NCBI RefSeq assembly: GCF_052425735.1
Contig: NC_135770.1
Span: forward strand, 558,001-622,000
Length of the DNA stretch: 64,000 nucleotides
Direction of reading: 5' to 3'
Source of the DNA: Oculina patagonica
Lineage: Eukaryota
In this document: positions 12,956 through 24,700 of the stretch, piece after piece
Numbering within the stretch: the first letter of the stretch is position 1
Layout: the number at the start of each line of letters is the position of its first letter
Made by a program: the position numbers and the translations under genes
Notes under the pieces: model-generated
Told to the model about the DNA's origin: nothing
Databases searched by the model: none
What the model saw: the letters and a program-made list of their open reading frames with translations, nothing else

Positions 12956-13651
12956 CATTTAAATAAAAATGCAACATGACAAGTAAAAGATAGCCAAAAT
13001 AAATTAATTTCAGGACTCCAGGAATAAAACAGATTCCAAAGCTTAACAATTTATGGGTCTATGGGACCCATATGCAGATTTCTCAGTAAGATAAGTAAGT
13101 AGGTTGGTGAATGAACATACACATGTAGATGTAAAATTTGAGAGAATATTTGCTAGTCTGGTGAATTAGTGTAAATACCTGGTAAATTTATAATATTGGT
13201 TAACAGTTTGCAATTAGAACCCAGGCTCAAAGCAAAAGGTGCTGGCTGTTTCTTTTGGGCACAGAAGGTCGAGGGGAAAAAGTAGATGGGGACCATTCAT
13301 CGACATTATCTACAATTATTTGAATATCTTTGGAGAGTTTAGGATATTTAAATTGGAAATTTCCCACAAAAACTGAGATTCCAAGCGCTCAAAAACTTTT
13401 TCGGAACCGACAGAAGGTGCCGCCATGTTTTTATCAAGCCCGCACAGCACGATGGGAAAGAGGAGGTTGGCCAGTCCCGGTCGCCATTTTTAACAGGAAA
13501 AAGTAAAAATTATGTAACTTTAAACTACTGTGTACTTACCTAAATTCGTTTAAAATGAAAAACAAACCATGATACCTATGTAACAAGGCAAAGCTTCAAT
13601 AAACTTCAATGTTTTACAATAAAATTTGCAAGACTGAAAGTTTCAAATTTA

Positions 13652-13726
13652 AAAGTCAGATTGGGCATCTCAACATCAAAATTCTGTCCCGAAAGATGGT
13701 ATTGATAAATGCATTTCATCATATTC
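13652..13726 (-). ncRNA. SNORD2: Box C/D snoRNA, SNORD2/snR39B-like (copy C)
   Basis: Box C ATGATGA, identical guide ACCATCTTTCGGG-A-CAGA, C' TGTTGA and box D CTGA are kept while the spacers have diverged. Confidence 0.82.
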
Positions 13727-13995
13727 AAGAAGCCTACAGTTAAGATAACAGTTAAAAACATGCAAGTGACTTACAATTGATAGCTCTAGCACTAGACCTG
13801 AGGAGAAATCGAAAGAATTCCTCGTGTGCTTGCTTGTGCTGAGTCGCCCTCAACGACTTTACATGTGGAAGGAACGAGGAGGGACTGGGAGTAAAAACGA
13901 TATCGAGGCTACATGCGAAAGAGGCTGAGAACAATGCGCGGGAAAATCAATGAATAAACGGAAAATACAAAAATACAACAAAGAACTCAGAAGAT

Positions 13996-15363
13996 ATGGC
14001 TACGTTCACATCTCTACCGGACTCCGTTATAATCCAAATTCTATTTTATCTCGACTATCCTCGCCTCATACGATTCACAAGAGTATGTACAAGATGGCAC
14101 AGGCTCTGCTACGATCCGAGCTTGTGGAGGAAGATTTCTATTCGGGAAAAACACGCTCCGAAAGTGGCAGCTGATACAATCTCAAGGCTCATACCACACA
14201 AGACAAATCTTATTTCAAGCGTAAATTTGACGAACTGTTTTGGTGTTAAAGACGAGTCCTTACAGCATATCGCTGTGCACTGTCCAAACTTGAGAACTCT
14301 TTACCTAAATGGATGCGATTTCATCACCGATAATGGAATTTTCTCTTTGGCGCGCAATTGTGCGGCTCTCGAAACCGTTTCGATTCCTTTGAGGAACATC
14401 TCTGAGAAAGCTCTTTCAAGTTTGGTGTTAAACAACCCCGGAGTAAGAAAGCTCTACGCTTATTCCATCGCTGTCACAGAAAAAACCATCAAGGCCATTA
14501 CAACGGGATGCCCTGAGATTGAAAAACTGATTGTCTACGAAGCTTCGTTGGAAAACGAACAACGAAGTTCTGCCGACGTCTTGACGGATCAAATGGTTCG
14601 ACTTCTGGCAAATGGTTGTCGAAAACTACGAAAGCTAACTCTGCGGTACAATCAAGTTCTGGTGACGGACAGAAGTTTGGCATCGTTAGCAAAAAAATGC
14701 CGAAAACTGGAGTCTTTCGTGATCGATTACTGCGACAAAGACGGCGGCATTACGGATTTTGGAGTTTGTACAATCGCGCAATTATGCCGAAATTTAAAAT
14801 GCTTGAACATTTCGAACGGCGTCATAACAGATGTGTCTTTGATTGTGATCGCTGATCACCTTCCTTGCCTAGAGGATTTGTCTCTGGAATTTAGCGAAAT
14901 AACCGATGTCGGAGTTTACGCTCTCATGAACAGATGCGAAAAACTCTCAAGGCTTATTGTCCATAATTCGGACAGTATGGAAACAGGTATTACCGACAAC
15001 GCAGCCTGTGTGATCGCAAATTATGCGAGCGACGAGTTTCGATCTTTGGGCCTAGGATTCGCTGATATTACAGATGAGGGGCTAAAGACGATCTGCTTTA
15101 ATGTGGATCTTTCGTTTTTGTCCATAAACGGATGCAGTAAGCTCACATACGAGGGACTGAAATCATGCTTTTGTTATCTGGATTGCTTGTGGAATTTGGA
15201 TATTTCTTTCACGGACATTGTTAGTGGAGACGAACAGCTGCTTGAGTTAGGTCGCTCGCTTCCTTGTTTAGAAACACTTGACATTACTGACTGTTTCAGT
15301 GTTTCACAGGAAAGCGTGAAACTTTTCAAAGAAAAATTTCCTCTCTGTAAAGTTAACATGTAG
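13996..15363 (+). CDS. F-box/leucine-rich repeat protein (FBXL family), intronless
   Basis: N-terminal F-box (LPDSVIIQILFYL...RVCTRWHRLCYDPSLW) followed by many [18 protein letters not shown] LRRs (ITDxG, CxxLxxLxL). Confidence 0.92.
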   Translation: MATFTSLPDSVIIQILFYLDYPRLIRFTRVCTRWHRLCYDPSLWRKISIREKHAPKVAADTISRLIPHKTNLISSVNLTNCFGVKDESLQHIAVHCPNLRTLYLNGCDFITDNGIFSLARNCAALETVSIPLRNISEKALSSLVLNNPGVRKLYAYSIAVTEKTIKAITTGCPEIEKLIVYEASLENEQRSSADVLTDQMVRLLANGCRKLRKLTLRYNQVLVTDRSLASLAKKCRKLESFVIDYCDKDGGITDFGVCTIAQLCRNLKCLNISNGVITDVSLIVIADHLPCLEDLSLEFSEITDVGVYALMNRCEKLSRLIVHNSDSMETGITDNAACVIANYASDEFRSLGLGFADITDEGLKTICFNVDLSFLSINGCSKLTYEGLKSCFCYLDCLWNLDISFTDIVSGDEQLLELGRSLPCLETLDITDCFSVSQESVKLFKEKFPLCKVNM

Positions 15364-17158
15364 AAAATGAAAACGGGGAAAAACTTGAATAACAAGCGCT
15401 TTCAACCTGTTTATAAATTATCATCAAAATTCCCATTGTTGAAGTTGAAATAAGCTTCTTTCTTAACAGTGTTTTTGAAAGTTTGAATTGTTTAAACATA
15501 TTTCAAAATCTATTCTGGAGTCAATAATTTTGGGTTTTAATTTGGAAAAGCTAAAGTTATAAAATGTTTCCTTTGTTAGCTGATAGCTTGGCGGTTTTAG
15601 GTATGAATGTAAATCAAAAATACAAAGGCTATAATTTTACTCATGATTATTATAATTTATTTATGAAAAGGCAGAAGGCAATTGCCTGTATAATTAAGAG
15701 TGGTTTGCTGTAAAATGAAAGAAAAACTCTTTATAACTTTTACAATCACGAAAATGTTTTGGTTCAGTGCCCTGCTAAAACGAACTACAATTCCTTATAA
15801 GGAATTTATTTATACATGGCAACATATTGCCAAGGTTAAGTTATTGTTACAAAAGAATTTCAAAATAAATTTAAATGTTATCAATTGATGACTGCAAACT
15901 TTTATTTTCTTGGTAAAAGTTGGGGAAGAAAAATTGATCATATAGTGATCTCTTTTACCTTTGCCCATGTTATTTTGGGTCACCCGCAACCCTTTCATAA
16001 AACTAGTTTCCAATATGTAAATATCTGTGTTATTATGCAGATTATTTTTACAGGTAGATAATGACTTTTTGTTCAGAACAGGTAAACTTTGATGTATGTT
16101 TGGATAGCTGCTTCTATTTTATTCATGTATTAAGGCAGTATTTTTTTGTGCTGTCAACAATAGACATCTTTTAGGTAAACTTAACTGGTTGTTTGCAAGG
16201 GGTGATCTTACAAAATGTGGCCGACTTCAACAGTGTAATCAAACACTCTTGTTTTTTAAACCAAAATGCAAACTGTTTGAAGAGCTTGAGGATCGTATGA
16301 AATGCAAGACCTTTTCAAACACAAAGAAATGTTTTTCAAGTTCAAACCTTGTTTGTGGCACAGTTGGAAGCAAAAGTTTTTGTGGTTAAACTTTTTTTCC
16401 TTGTTCTTTTTTAAACTCATTTACCTCATTTCCTTTTTTAGCGCGGCTCTTAGTTTGTGGGTAGTCTCTGACTGATGTATTTACAGATTGGGGTGAATGA
16501 ATTACTGAGATAAAAGATTTTCTATATCCTATTCTTTCTTAGTAATATAGCCTGAGGGACAATTTTCATGTACAGCCATATAAGGTAGTCATAGTGGCTA
16601 GAACATGCATCATGTCACTGGTATTAAAGTTTTTTTCCTGTTCCACACAACCATGCCTTTTCAAAACACTAACAAATGTGGGTCTGGTGGCATACAAGCC
16701 ATCGTGCTGGTGCTTAAAACAAAGTTTCAGTTTCATACCAACTTCTCTCAACAACAAGTCAAAAAACCAAGTTGTGTGTCACATTCTTATAGGAAGGTAG
16801 CATATCCTTGTTTAGAAATGAGAAGTGAGACTTTTCAAAAGGCATTGAAAAGATGAAAAGGTTAAAAGCTAACATTTGCTTTAATAGTGATTCCGCCTGC
16901 AGATTTTGTTCACTTGGCCACCAGTTGGCTTCCTGTCAGCGCACTACATGGGACTTCTGTTTCTAAGCATTTTATATTTTCAGGTAGGAATAAACAGGTG
17001 GCATCATTCTGTGAAAAAAAGCTGAAAGCAGCTGGCAAAGAAAGATGTTTTAAATTATTAATAGCAATAAAGGAAAAAACTATTAAATGTTGACGGATCA
17101 ACTACCACAATAAAACTGAGAAAGGAAAAATTAATGCTAAATGATTCATGTTATTTAT

Positions 17159-18048
17159 TAGCCTGAATTTCAGACATCCCTCTGTGCTCGCCTGCTTGCC
17201 AGAAGGAACGTCTGAACACATTCGGGCCTAATGCCGTCCGGTGACGTCACTACGCTTTGGTGTTAATTCATGCGGAAAAGTTTCTGTCGAGGCCATGAAA
17301 TTGTGAAAGAAAAATCGCTTAAATAAAGGATTACAGGGTATAAAATTGTTTTAATAGTAAACTATTAAAAACCTTGAGACAAATGAATGATATTTTAATC
17401 GACTGCAGGCTATATTCTTTTACGGAAGCGATTTAATCTAAACTGATTTGCTTTATCTAGCGATCAAAATATAATATGTTACGCAACGGACAAATACAAC
17501 ACACTCGTGAGTACTTTAATAAATAAATCAATTTCGACGGTTTCAGAGGCATCAAGAAACGGAATTCAATACAAAAATATCCTACTTGACCGTGGGCACT
17601 GAGTTCAGAAATCACTGGCTCATCGAGGCTGCAGGACATAAGCGTCGAGCGGCTTTGTTGACAAAACAAGATTACATATAAATTTGGCAAAACACTGCAT
17701 GTCGAAGCGACGAATGCCGCCAAATTAAAACCTACCGATTTCCATTACTATTCTTCATCCGTAGGTAAACTAATAAAGTAATAAACTCAAGGTAAATGAC
17801 TAATCAATTCATTTCTGGGAAGGTGAACTCTTTCGAACTCTTTCCAAACGTTTTCAAATTACAATCCTCGCGCGGTAAAATTCAGTCATAATTTCACATA
17901 ATTATGCAAATAATTTTTAAATCAACCAATCAAAATCACTACCCGGTTTTCGGGTAGTGACGTCACCGGACGGCATTAAGCCCAAATGTGTTCAGACGTT
18001 CCTTCTGGCAAGCAGGCGAGCACAGAGGGATGTCTGAAATTCAGGCTA
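17159..18048. mobile_element. Non-autonomous DNA transposon with ~95-bp TIRs and 9-bp TSD (AcademH- or Mutator-like)
   Basis: TIR TAGCCTGAATTTCAGACATCCC...GTGACGTCACTAC mirrored at 17955-18048 with ~3 mismatches; perfect TSD GTTATTTAT at 17150-17158 and 18049-18057. Confidence 0.9.
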
Positions 18049-19875
18049 GTTATTTATAGAAAATGTTTTTAACATTTTTAAAAACATTCTATAGAGTCAT
18101 GCACTCTAAATGGTTATAAAGACTGAAGGGAAAATTACCACCAGGAAAAAAAAATTGTGCTATTACGAATGGATTCTTCTAAGAAGTTACCTAGGTCACC
18201 ATCTGTAAAACTAAGAATGTAAAGAAAATGTATAGCAGAGCCTTGCCTTATGTCCACCTTGTTAATACAAACAACAACATTATAACAGCCATTTTACCCC
18301 CCCCCCCCCTTCCCTGCACACAACCACCTAGACTCCCAGGCGTAAGTGAGAAAAATGTTTTCTGCTTGATTCATACCTTAGCCAGCAGAAAACAACACTT
18401 ATCCCCGTTTATACAAGCAGCCCTTCACAGCTTTTGACATCTCACAGGTGGTCTGAGCGAGGGTGCCACCTGTATTCAATATACAACTAATGGATCACTT
18501 TTAAATTTAGAGCTTTATTTTTGAAGAATTGGATTAACACATTCAAGGAGGTTAAAACTATTTCTGCCCATTTATATAAAAGTTTACAATTCCTCTTTGC
18601 TCTTCAAATCTAAATTTACATTTTACAATCAAAAATGCAAAATGTACCATTCAAAAAACAATTCTTTCAGCTTTTAACCATACACAGGATATTGCAAAGG
18701 TTTGTGCCGAGTTACAGCGTATTTCGTTAACATTGGATGTCATCATTCTTTTTCACTAATTTCTAGCCAGAGAAATTTTCCTATGACAAATAATAATTAA
18801 TTATTCATAAGACTATACCAGAGATGCCAACCGTAACAAATTAAAATCCAGGAGATCACCAATTTTGTGGTACCTCTTCTCAAAACCCAAAATGGAGTAA
18901 AAAAATTAGAGCTCATCTGATTCAACCAAAAACAACATGTCAAACATCTTAAAATTTTCTGCCAAAATTGAACAAAATAGGTGTGAAACATGTATTTCAA
19001 GTGCTTTCCCTCGTATCCAGGAGACTTGGTGAGCCGCATGCCAGACTGGGTGATTCTGTCTGTGTCCAGGAGAATCGCAAACAATCTGGGAGTTGGCATG
19101 GATGCTAAACATGTTGATGAACTAACCAACAGAAAGATGCATTGTAGTCACTGGTGGATCCATATGTGATCAAAGGACCTCTCTTGTTCCAATAAAGCAG
19201 GAGGGAGTTTTTTTTAAACAAAAGGAGGGTGAGGCCCCTCGCTCCTTTTCTACTAAAATTTGCCTGATCACTGCATGCTCATTTCTACCATTTTGAAACA
19301 AAAAATCCATACTGTTGACATAGCAGTCTACTCATATTTGGCTGACATCTCTAATTGGTAACTATTACTTGGTACTCAAGCCAATCAAAAGTACTCATAA
19401 GATCTGTGAAGGTGCAAAACATCTGTAAGGAACATTTAGACTCAAACCCTGGAATAGGGCGAAGTCTGTCTAGCTGGTCATGGGATAAGGATGCAGTGAG
19501 AAATGTACGTTTTCTTGCACTAAGACAGTGTCAAAGGAAGGGCAACTTTACCATCCCAAGATGCTTTGCTCCTCTCAGTTCCCACAGCAATACAGTTTTG
19601 TCATTGTTGAATTTTCAAAATTATCAGTTTTTATCCTGTGATCCATGCAACAATTGTCATGAGTGAAGTACTGTTCTTGTTACCATGATCAATAAGATCA
19701 GTTAAGCTCGTCATCTCTTTACCATCATTATATGCTTCTTCAAGACTTTCAAGGTATGTCATGCAAATCATCAAGGGGGGAGGGGTGAGGACAATCAGTC
19801 ACCCCTCTGAGCTGAGTCAGCCAGCCACTGTATATGTAATGATTTGATTGTTATATTCAGCCAATACTTCCCTTT

Positions 19876-20166
19876 CTATTCACTCTCCTGTTTCAAAGGT
19901 CTCTTTACCACAAATATTTTCTCATTGGCCACAGTCGCCATCAGTGTGAAGCCTTCAAAATACAAAGATAGCCTCTTGAATGCTTGTGTTTTGTCTTCTG
20001 ATAGCGGCATTTTGGATGCTGTCTGAAGCATCTTGGTTATAACCCCTGCCACGTTCTCATCATTTTCAAGGTCACCAGAAGAAGAAAGCACAGCTCCATC
20101 AGAATTTAACTCAAGGAATCCCTGGGCATCTGTGATATCCTCAAAACCTTGTGGAAGATTCGCCAT
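19876..20166 (-). CDS. LAMTOR4: Ragulator complex protein LAMTOR4, intronless CDS
   Basis: 96 aa; GAVLSSSGDLENDE, FKRLS and IFVVKR match LAMTOR4 motifs. Confidence 0.93.
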   Translation of the reverse strand: MANLPQGFEDITDAQGFLELNSDGAVLSSSGDLENDENVAGVITKMLQTASKMPLSEDKTQAFKRLSLYFEGFTLMATVANEKIFVVKRPLKQESE

Positions 20167-20274
20167 GTTGCCTTCCCATAATGCTTTCCTCCCTTGGGTT
20201 GGTCAAAGAGGCGCGGTTACCAAGCTTCTTCCCTTCGCACGCTGAAGAAAACGTGAAAGTTTGAAAAGTAAACC

Positions 20275-21690
20275 ATGTCTCGCAAAAGAAAGGTTGTCGC
20301 AGATGACGACGAAGATCCAACCAAGATCGAATTCGAAACATCAGAAGAAGTTGACGTTGTGCCAACGTTCGACCAGCTAAAACTCCGGGAAGACTTGCTT
20401 CGAGGAGTTTACGCTTATGGTAAGGGGTGACACTGTCTAATGACGCCATGAAACATGACATGTGTTTGAGAGATTTTTCTGTCGTTTATTGGCGTTCTTA
20501 TTCAATTCTAGGTTTCGAAAAACCATCGGCAATCCAACAGCGTGCTATTAAACCGATTGTGAAAGGAAGAGATGTGATTGCACAGTGAGTTTATACATTT
20601 GAAGTTTTGACGTAGTTACATGTTTATTTTATAGTCCATTGTCACAAAATTGATCGAAAGTTTGTCCACTGCAGAAACTGATTTTATTTTTGCATGTTAT
20701 TTATTTTTATTTTTGCATGTTATTTATTTTCATGTATCAAATCTTGTAGTTGATCTGCAGTTTGCTGGGGAACCTGGTTATCCTTGCTGCCACAAATTAG
20801 ATTCATTACAGACAGACAGACAGACAGACACCTTTTTTTTAAGACAACATCTTGCCACAACTTGAAATAATTTGCTGCCATTCTTTTGTTGTTTTGCTTC
20901 AAACCTCAAGTTTTGAAAAAAAATAAACAAAAAAACGGCTAAACTTCAGAATACCCTGCCACTTTTTTGCATCTCATTGAATAACAAAAGTACCTATTGT
21001 GTTATGCCTCGTTCTATAAAACGTTCCGACACATGTAAATGAAGTGGCCGGGTATTCTGCAATCGCTCCCAAACAGACAAACTACCTCAGATTTACAGTC
21101 AATCAAAAAACACTTTAACTCATGCCACGTTAAATTTTAAATTAGATCAAGTTTCAGCAACACACTTAGATGCAAGCGGCGGTATTATTCATGTGAGCAA
21201 TTCATACTTGCTAACAATCATCTTACATCATTCCAGGGCTCAATCAGGAACAGGAAAAACAGCCACACTCTCCATCTCAGTGCTCCAGTCAATAGATATT
21301 CAGGTTTGTTCATAAAACATGCAATGAAAGAAGTCTGATATAGAAGTGACAATAATTATTTTGGTAAACAAATAGCAAGATTCAGGTCTGTGAGTGCCCC
21401 ATGTCTCAGTCTATGTCAAAACCTTTTTATTGATTTAATATTGTTTTGATAATTATTGACAATACATGTCCACTTGCTAGTTCAGTGTTATGTGGCTGGT
21501 AGATACTCACAAATACTGAAGCATCCTTCTTGTTGCCAACAGACAAGAGAAACACAGGCCTTGATCATGTCTCCAACTCGTGAACTTGCCCAACAAATTC
21601 AGAAGGTGAGTTTATATTGTAGTTGTTTTAGGTTTATAAGAAAAAAGGAAATTGTCAACTAGGAGATATTGTCTTGATGTACCAGCAAAT

Positions 21691-21726
<36 letters not shown>

Positions 21727-24700
21727 CATTTTTAAAGCGCCTATCCAGGCCTGCTCTAGGCGCTTTACAAATCTATAAAAAATTCGTTAAAATTAGCTGA
21801 ATAAATCTTAAAAATTAAAAATGTACATTAAAAGTAATAAAAAGTAAAAATCGCTAAGAGTAATAAGTTTTTTTAAAAAGATAAGTTTTGAGTTTTGATT
21901 TATAAGGACTTAAATTGTCACATGAGCGGATAAAAAGAGGTAGACTGTTCCAGAGTTCAGGCGACGAAACAGCAAAAGCTCGAGACCCATTATTAGAACT
22001 TATTTTTATTAGAATATCTGACAAGTACTTAACAGAATTAAAATTTTGAGTTTGAGGCTGAAAAACTTTAAGTTATGTGATGGGAGTTCATCCTTGCTAT
22101 TCAGTAGTCTGTTTGCAGCATTATGTTTTACTAATAGGAGCGAAGAGGATGAGTGAGTGATTCAGTAGTCTGTGTAACTCTCCAAGTGTGATGAATTGCA
22201 TTAATTCAACCATCTTTCGGGACAGAAATATTTTGTTGAAATGCATAATCTGACTTGAGAGTACACAAGTATTTAACTGCCTTTAAATGGAAGTTTGAAA
22301 GTTTGATATTTGATTTCCAGTTCTCATCAGTCACATAGCCTGGAAAGCTATTTCTGTGTGCTTTAGTTGGTTTCACATCATAACAAACCTAAACTTTGTA
22401 GTTATAAACCCAAAGGTTAAATGGAGCACAGAGGCTCATTCAAAGCTCCTAGATTACATTTAAACTTGAGCATCTACTGTGTATGTACATGTAATTTAAG
22501 TGAGGTGTGTGATTTTCAACAGGTCATTCTTGCTCTTGGTGACTACATGAGTGTTCAGTGCCATGCGTGTATTGGAGGAACAAATGTTGGAGAGGACATA
22601 AGAAAACTTGATTATGGACAGCATGTGGTGTCTGGTACACCTGGCAGAGTCTTTGGTAAGCTGTCTATTTCATGCTTTCACACTTATTCAAAAATGTAGT
22701 CTGTTACTCCAAAGATCTACCTTTCTGAAAGTTTGTCCTGTTGTGTAGCCAACTCCTGCTCTAAGGCCTATGTCGTGGTTTAATTTTATTTTTGGTTTTA
22801 AATTTTTGAAACCAGTTTGATTTTTATTTCCCTTTGTTTCAGATTAAGATAATGACTGTGAGACATTGTCATAGTTTGGTTTGAAATTTTTTTAACCAAA
22901 TGTTAAATATTTGAACCACAGCTTCTACATGTAAATAGACATTCAAAACAACTGTCTCTCTCTGTCTTTCAATACTGATGGTGTTGGGCTACAGAGGTTG
23001 TTGTGATGTTTCAGATTAATTCTTCCTTGGTTTTGTAAACAAGTAACAACCAATCTGAGACACTTACGGACCTCTGTAGAACTACAATATATAAGCAGCA
23101 TTTTGTGGGAGGCGCGGTGGCCTAATGGTTAGTACGCCAGACTCTGGATCGAGCGGTCCGAGTTCGAGCCCTGGCCGGGGTCACTTGTGTTGTGTTCTTG
23201 GGCAAGACACTTAACTCTCATAGTGCCTCTCTCCACCCAGGTGTATAAATGGGTACCGGCGACATAATGCTGGAAGGGAACCCTGCAATGGACTAGCATC
23301 CCATTCAGGGGGGAGTAAAAATATTCCTAGCCGCTTAATGCTACGGAAACCGGGATAAGCTCTGGCAGTGTGGGCCGCTTGGCTCGTGGCTTCTCCTTTA
23401 TAAAACTTTTAGGTTCAAATGTCATGTCTGCCAAGCAGGGGAGAATTAAGCTTGGAAAGAAAAAAGTCTTATTACTCTGGCAAAGGTTACAGTATTTTGT
23501 TCTTTGATAAATAACTGCATGTAACTACCGGTAATCGTTTTCTTTGTCCATTGTTTATTTTACTCTAGACATGATCAGAAGAAGAAGCTTAAGAACCCGA
23601 GCAATTAAACTGCTAGTGTTGGATGAGGCAGATGAAATGTTGAACAAAGGTATGACCTGTAGTAATGATTGACTTATTCCATACAAGTTTATATTTAACC
23701 AAGTCTTAACATTTTGATATGACTCATATTCCTCTTTTAGGATTCAAGGAACAGATCTACGATGTGTACAGATATCTTCCCCCGGCAACACAGGCAAGTT
23801 GCACTTCCCACAACAGTGCTCCAAGCTCAAGTTTTTTAGAAGTCGCAAATCGGTCGCCACTAGAAAAATTTTAGTTGCCAAAAGCAAAACATTTTAAAAG
23901 AAGGACACTTCATGTCACTTTACATGAAGTAATACTGCCGACTGTGATGAACCGAATTGAAATCATTCGTAGAACGTTCTGACGCAGTAGGTTTTGTTTG
24001 CATTCCAGAGTTTTTTGGTTGATCTGTTCTAATTATCGTGCAGAATAGTAAATAAATGATTAGTGAAACAGACAAAGTGGCAACCTATCGGTATTTGGAA
24101 AATTTTGTGGCCAAATTTTCTTTTCAATCGCCATGGCAACCAAAATAGCTGCAGCTTGGAGCGCTGCACAACAACCTACATGAGCCTCACATTCTCAGCT
24201 TTGTCTATTCCCCCTTGAAATTTTATATGTAACAATCAAGTCTCCAAAAAATAATGAAACATGAGTAAACAGTCATTGAAAAGATTCTTGTTTTCTTCCA
24301 ATGTGATACATGCCACAGAGCTTGTTGAAGTGACATACTATTCAAATGCATGACGTTCTGAAGGGTTGTTTTTTCATTTACATATAGTTTTGTAAATGTT
24401 TGTGTCTATTTTTAGGTTGTTCTTTTAAGTGCCACCCTTCCACATGACATCCTAGAAATGACAGAAAAGTTCATGACAGATCCTATCAGGATTCTGGTCA
24501 AACGGTGAGTTACACTTACTGATCATCAAAAATATTCAAGTGTTGAAATTGTAATAAATCAATGCAGAAACAAAAAAATCGCATGGTTTGGTGAATACCT
24601 CCATAAATAATCCAGAGGGTTTTCAAGAAGATTTTTGTGACAGACACTAAAGACATAATCAAGTGCACTAGGTAAAAAAGAAATGATCCAAAGCTGTGCT

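Larger units (their letters stand above)
12744..13815 (-). other. Putative non-coding 5' exons of the COPS2/snoRNA-host transcript: ~13815-13775, 13575-13540, 12798-12744
   Basis: Minus-strand GTAAGT donors at 13774, 13539 and 12743; acceptors TTACATAG (13576) and TTTTTCCAG (12799), each ~80 nt downstream of a snoRNA; TCT/5'TOP-like start TTC(+1)TTTCGATTTCTCCTC at 13815. Confidence 0.6.

Noticed and set aside
13120-13250. Possible H/ACA snoRNA in the COPS2 leader intron
   Set aside because: Two weak AT-rich hairpins with ANANNA and ACA, but no recognisable target; likely chance.
19620-19735. Possible U15/snR75-like C/D snoRNA on the minus strand (ATGATGG...AGATGACGAG...CTGA, hairpin, CTGA)
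   Set aside because: Only a 10-nt rRNA match, guide not adjacent to a canonical D' box, imperfect box C and no convincing host intron. Worth a cmsearch but not supportable by eye.
23941-23990. GTGATGA...CTGA with a short stem
   Set aside because: About 40 nt is too short for a C/D snoRNA, it lies inside a MITE, and it has no guide.
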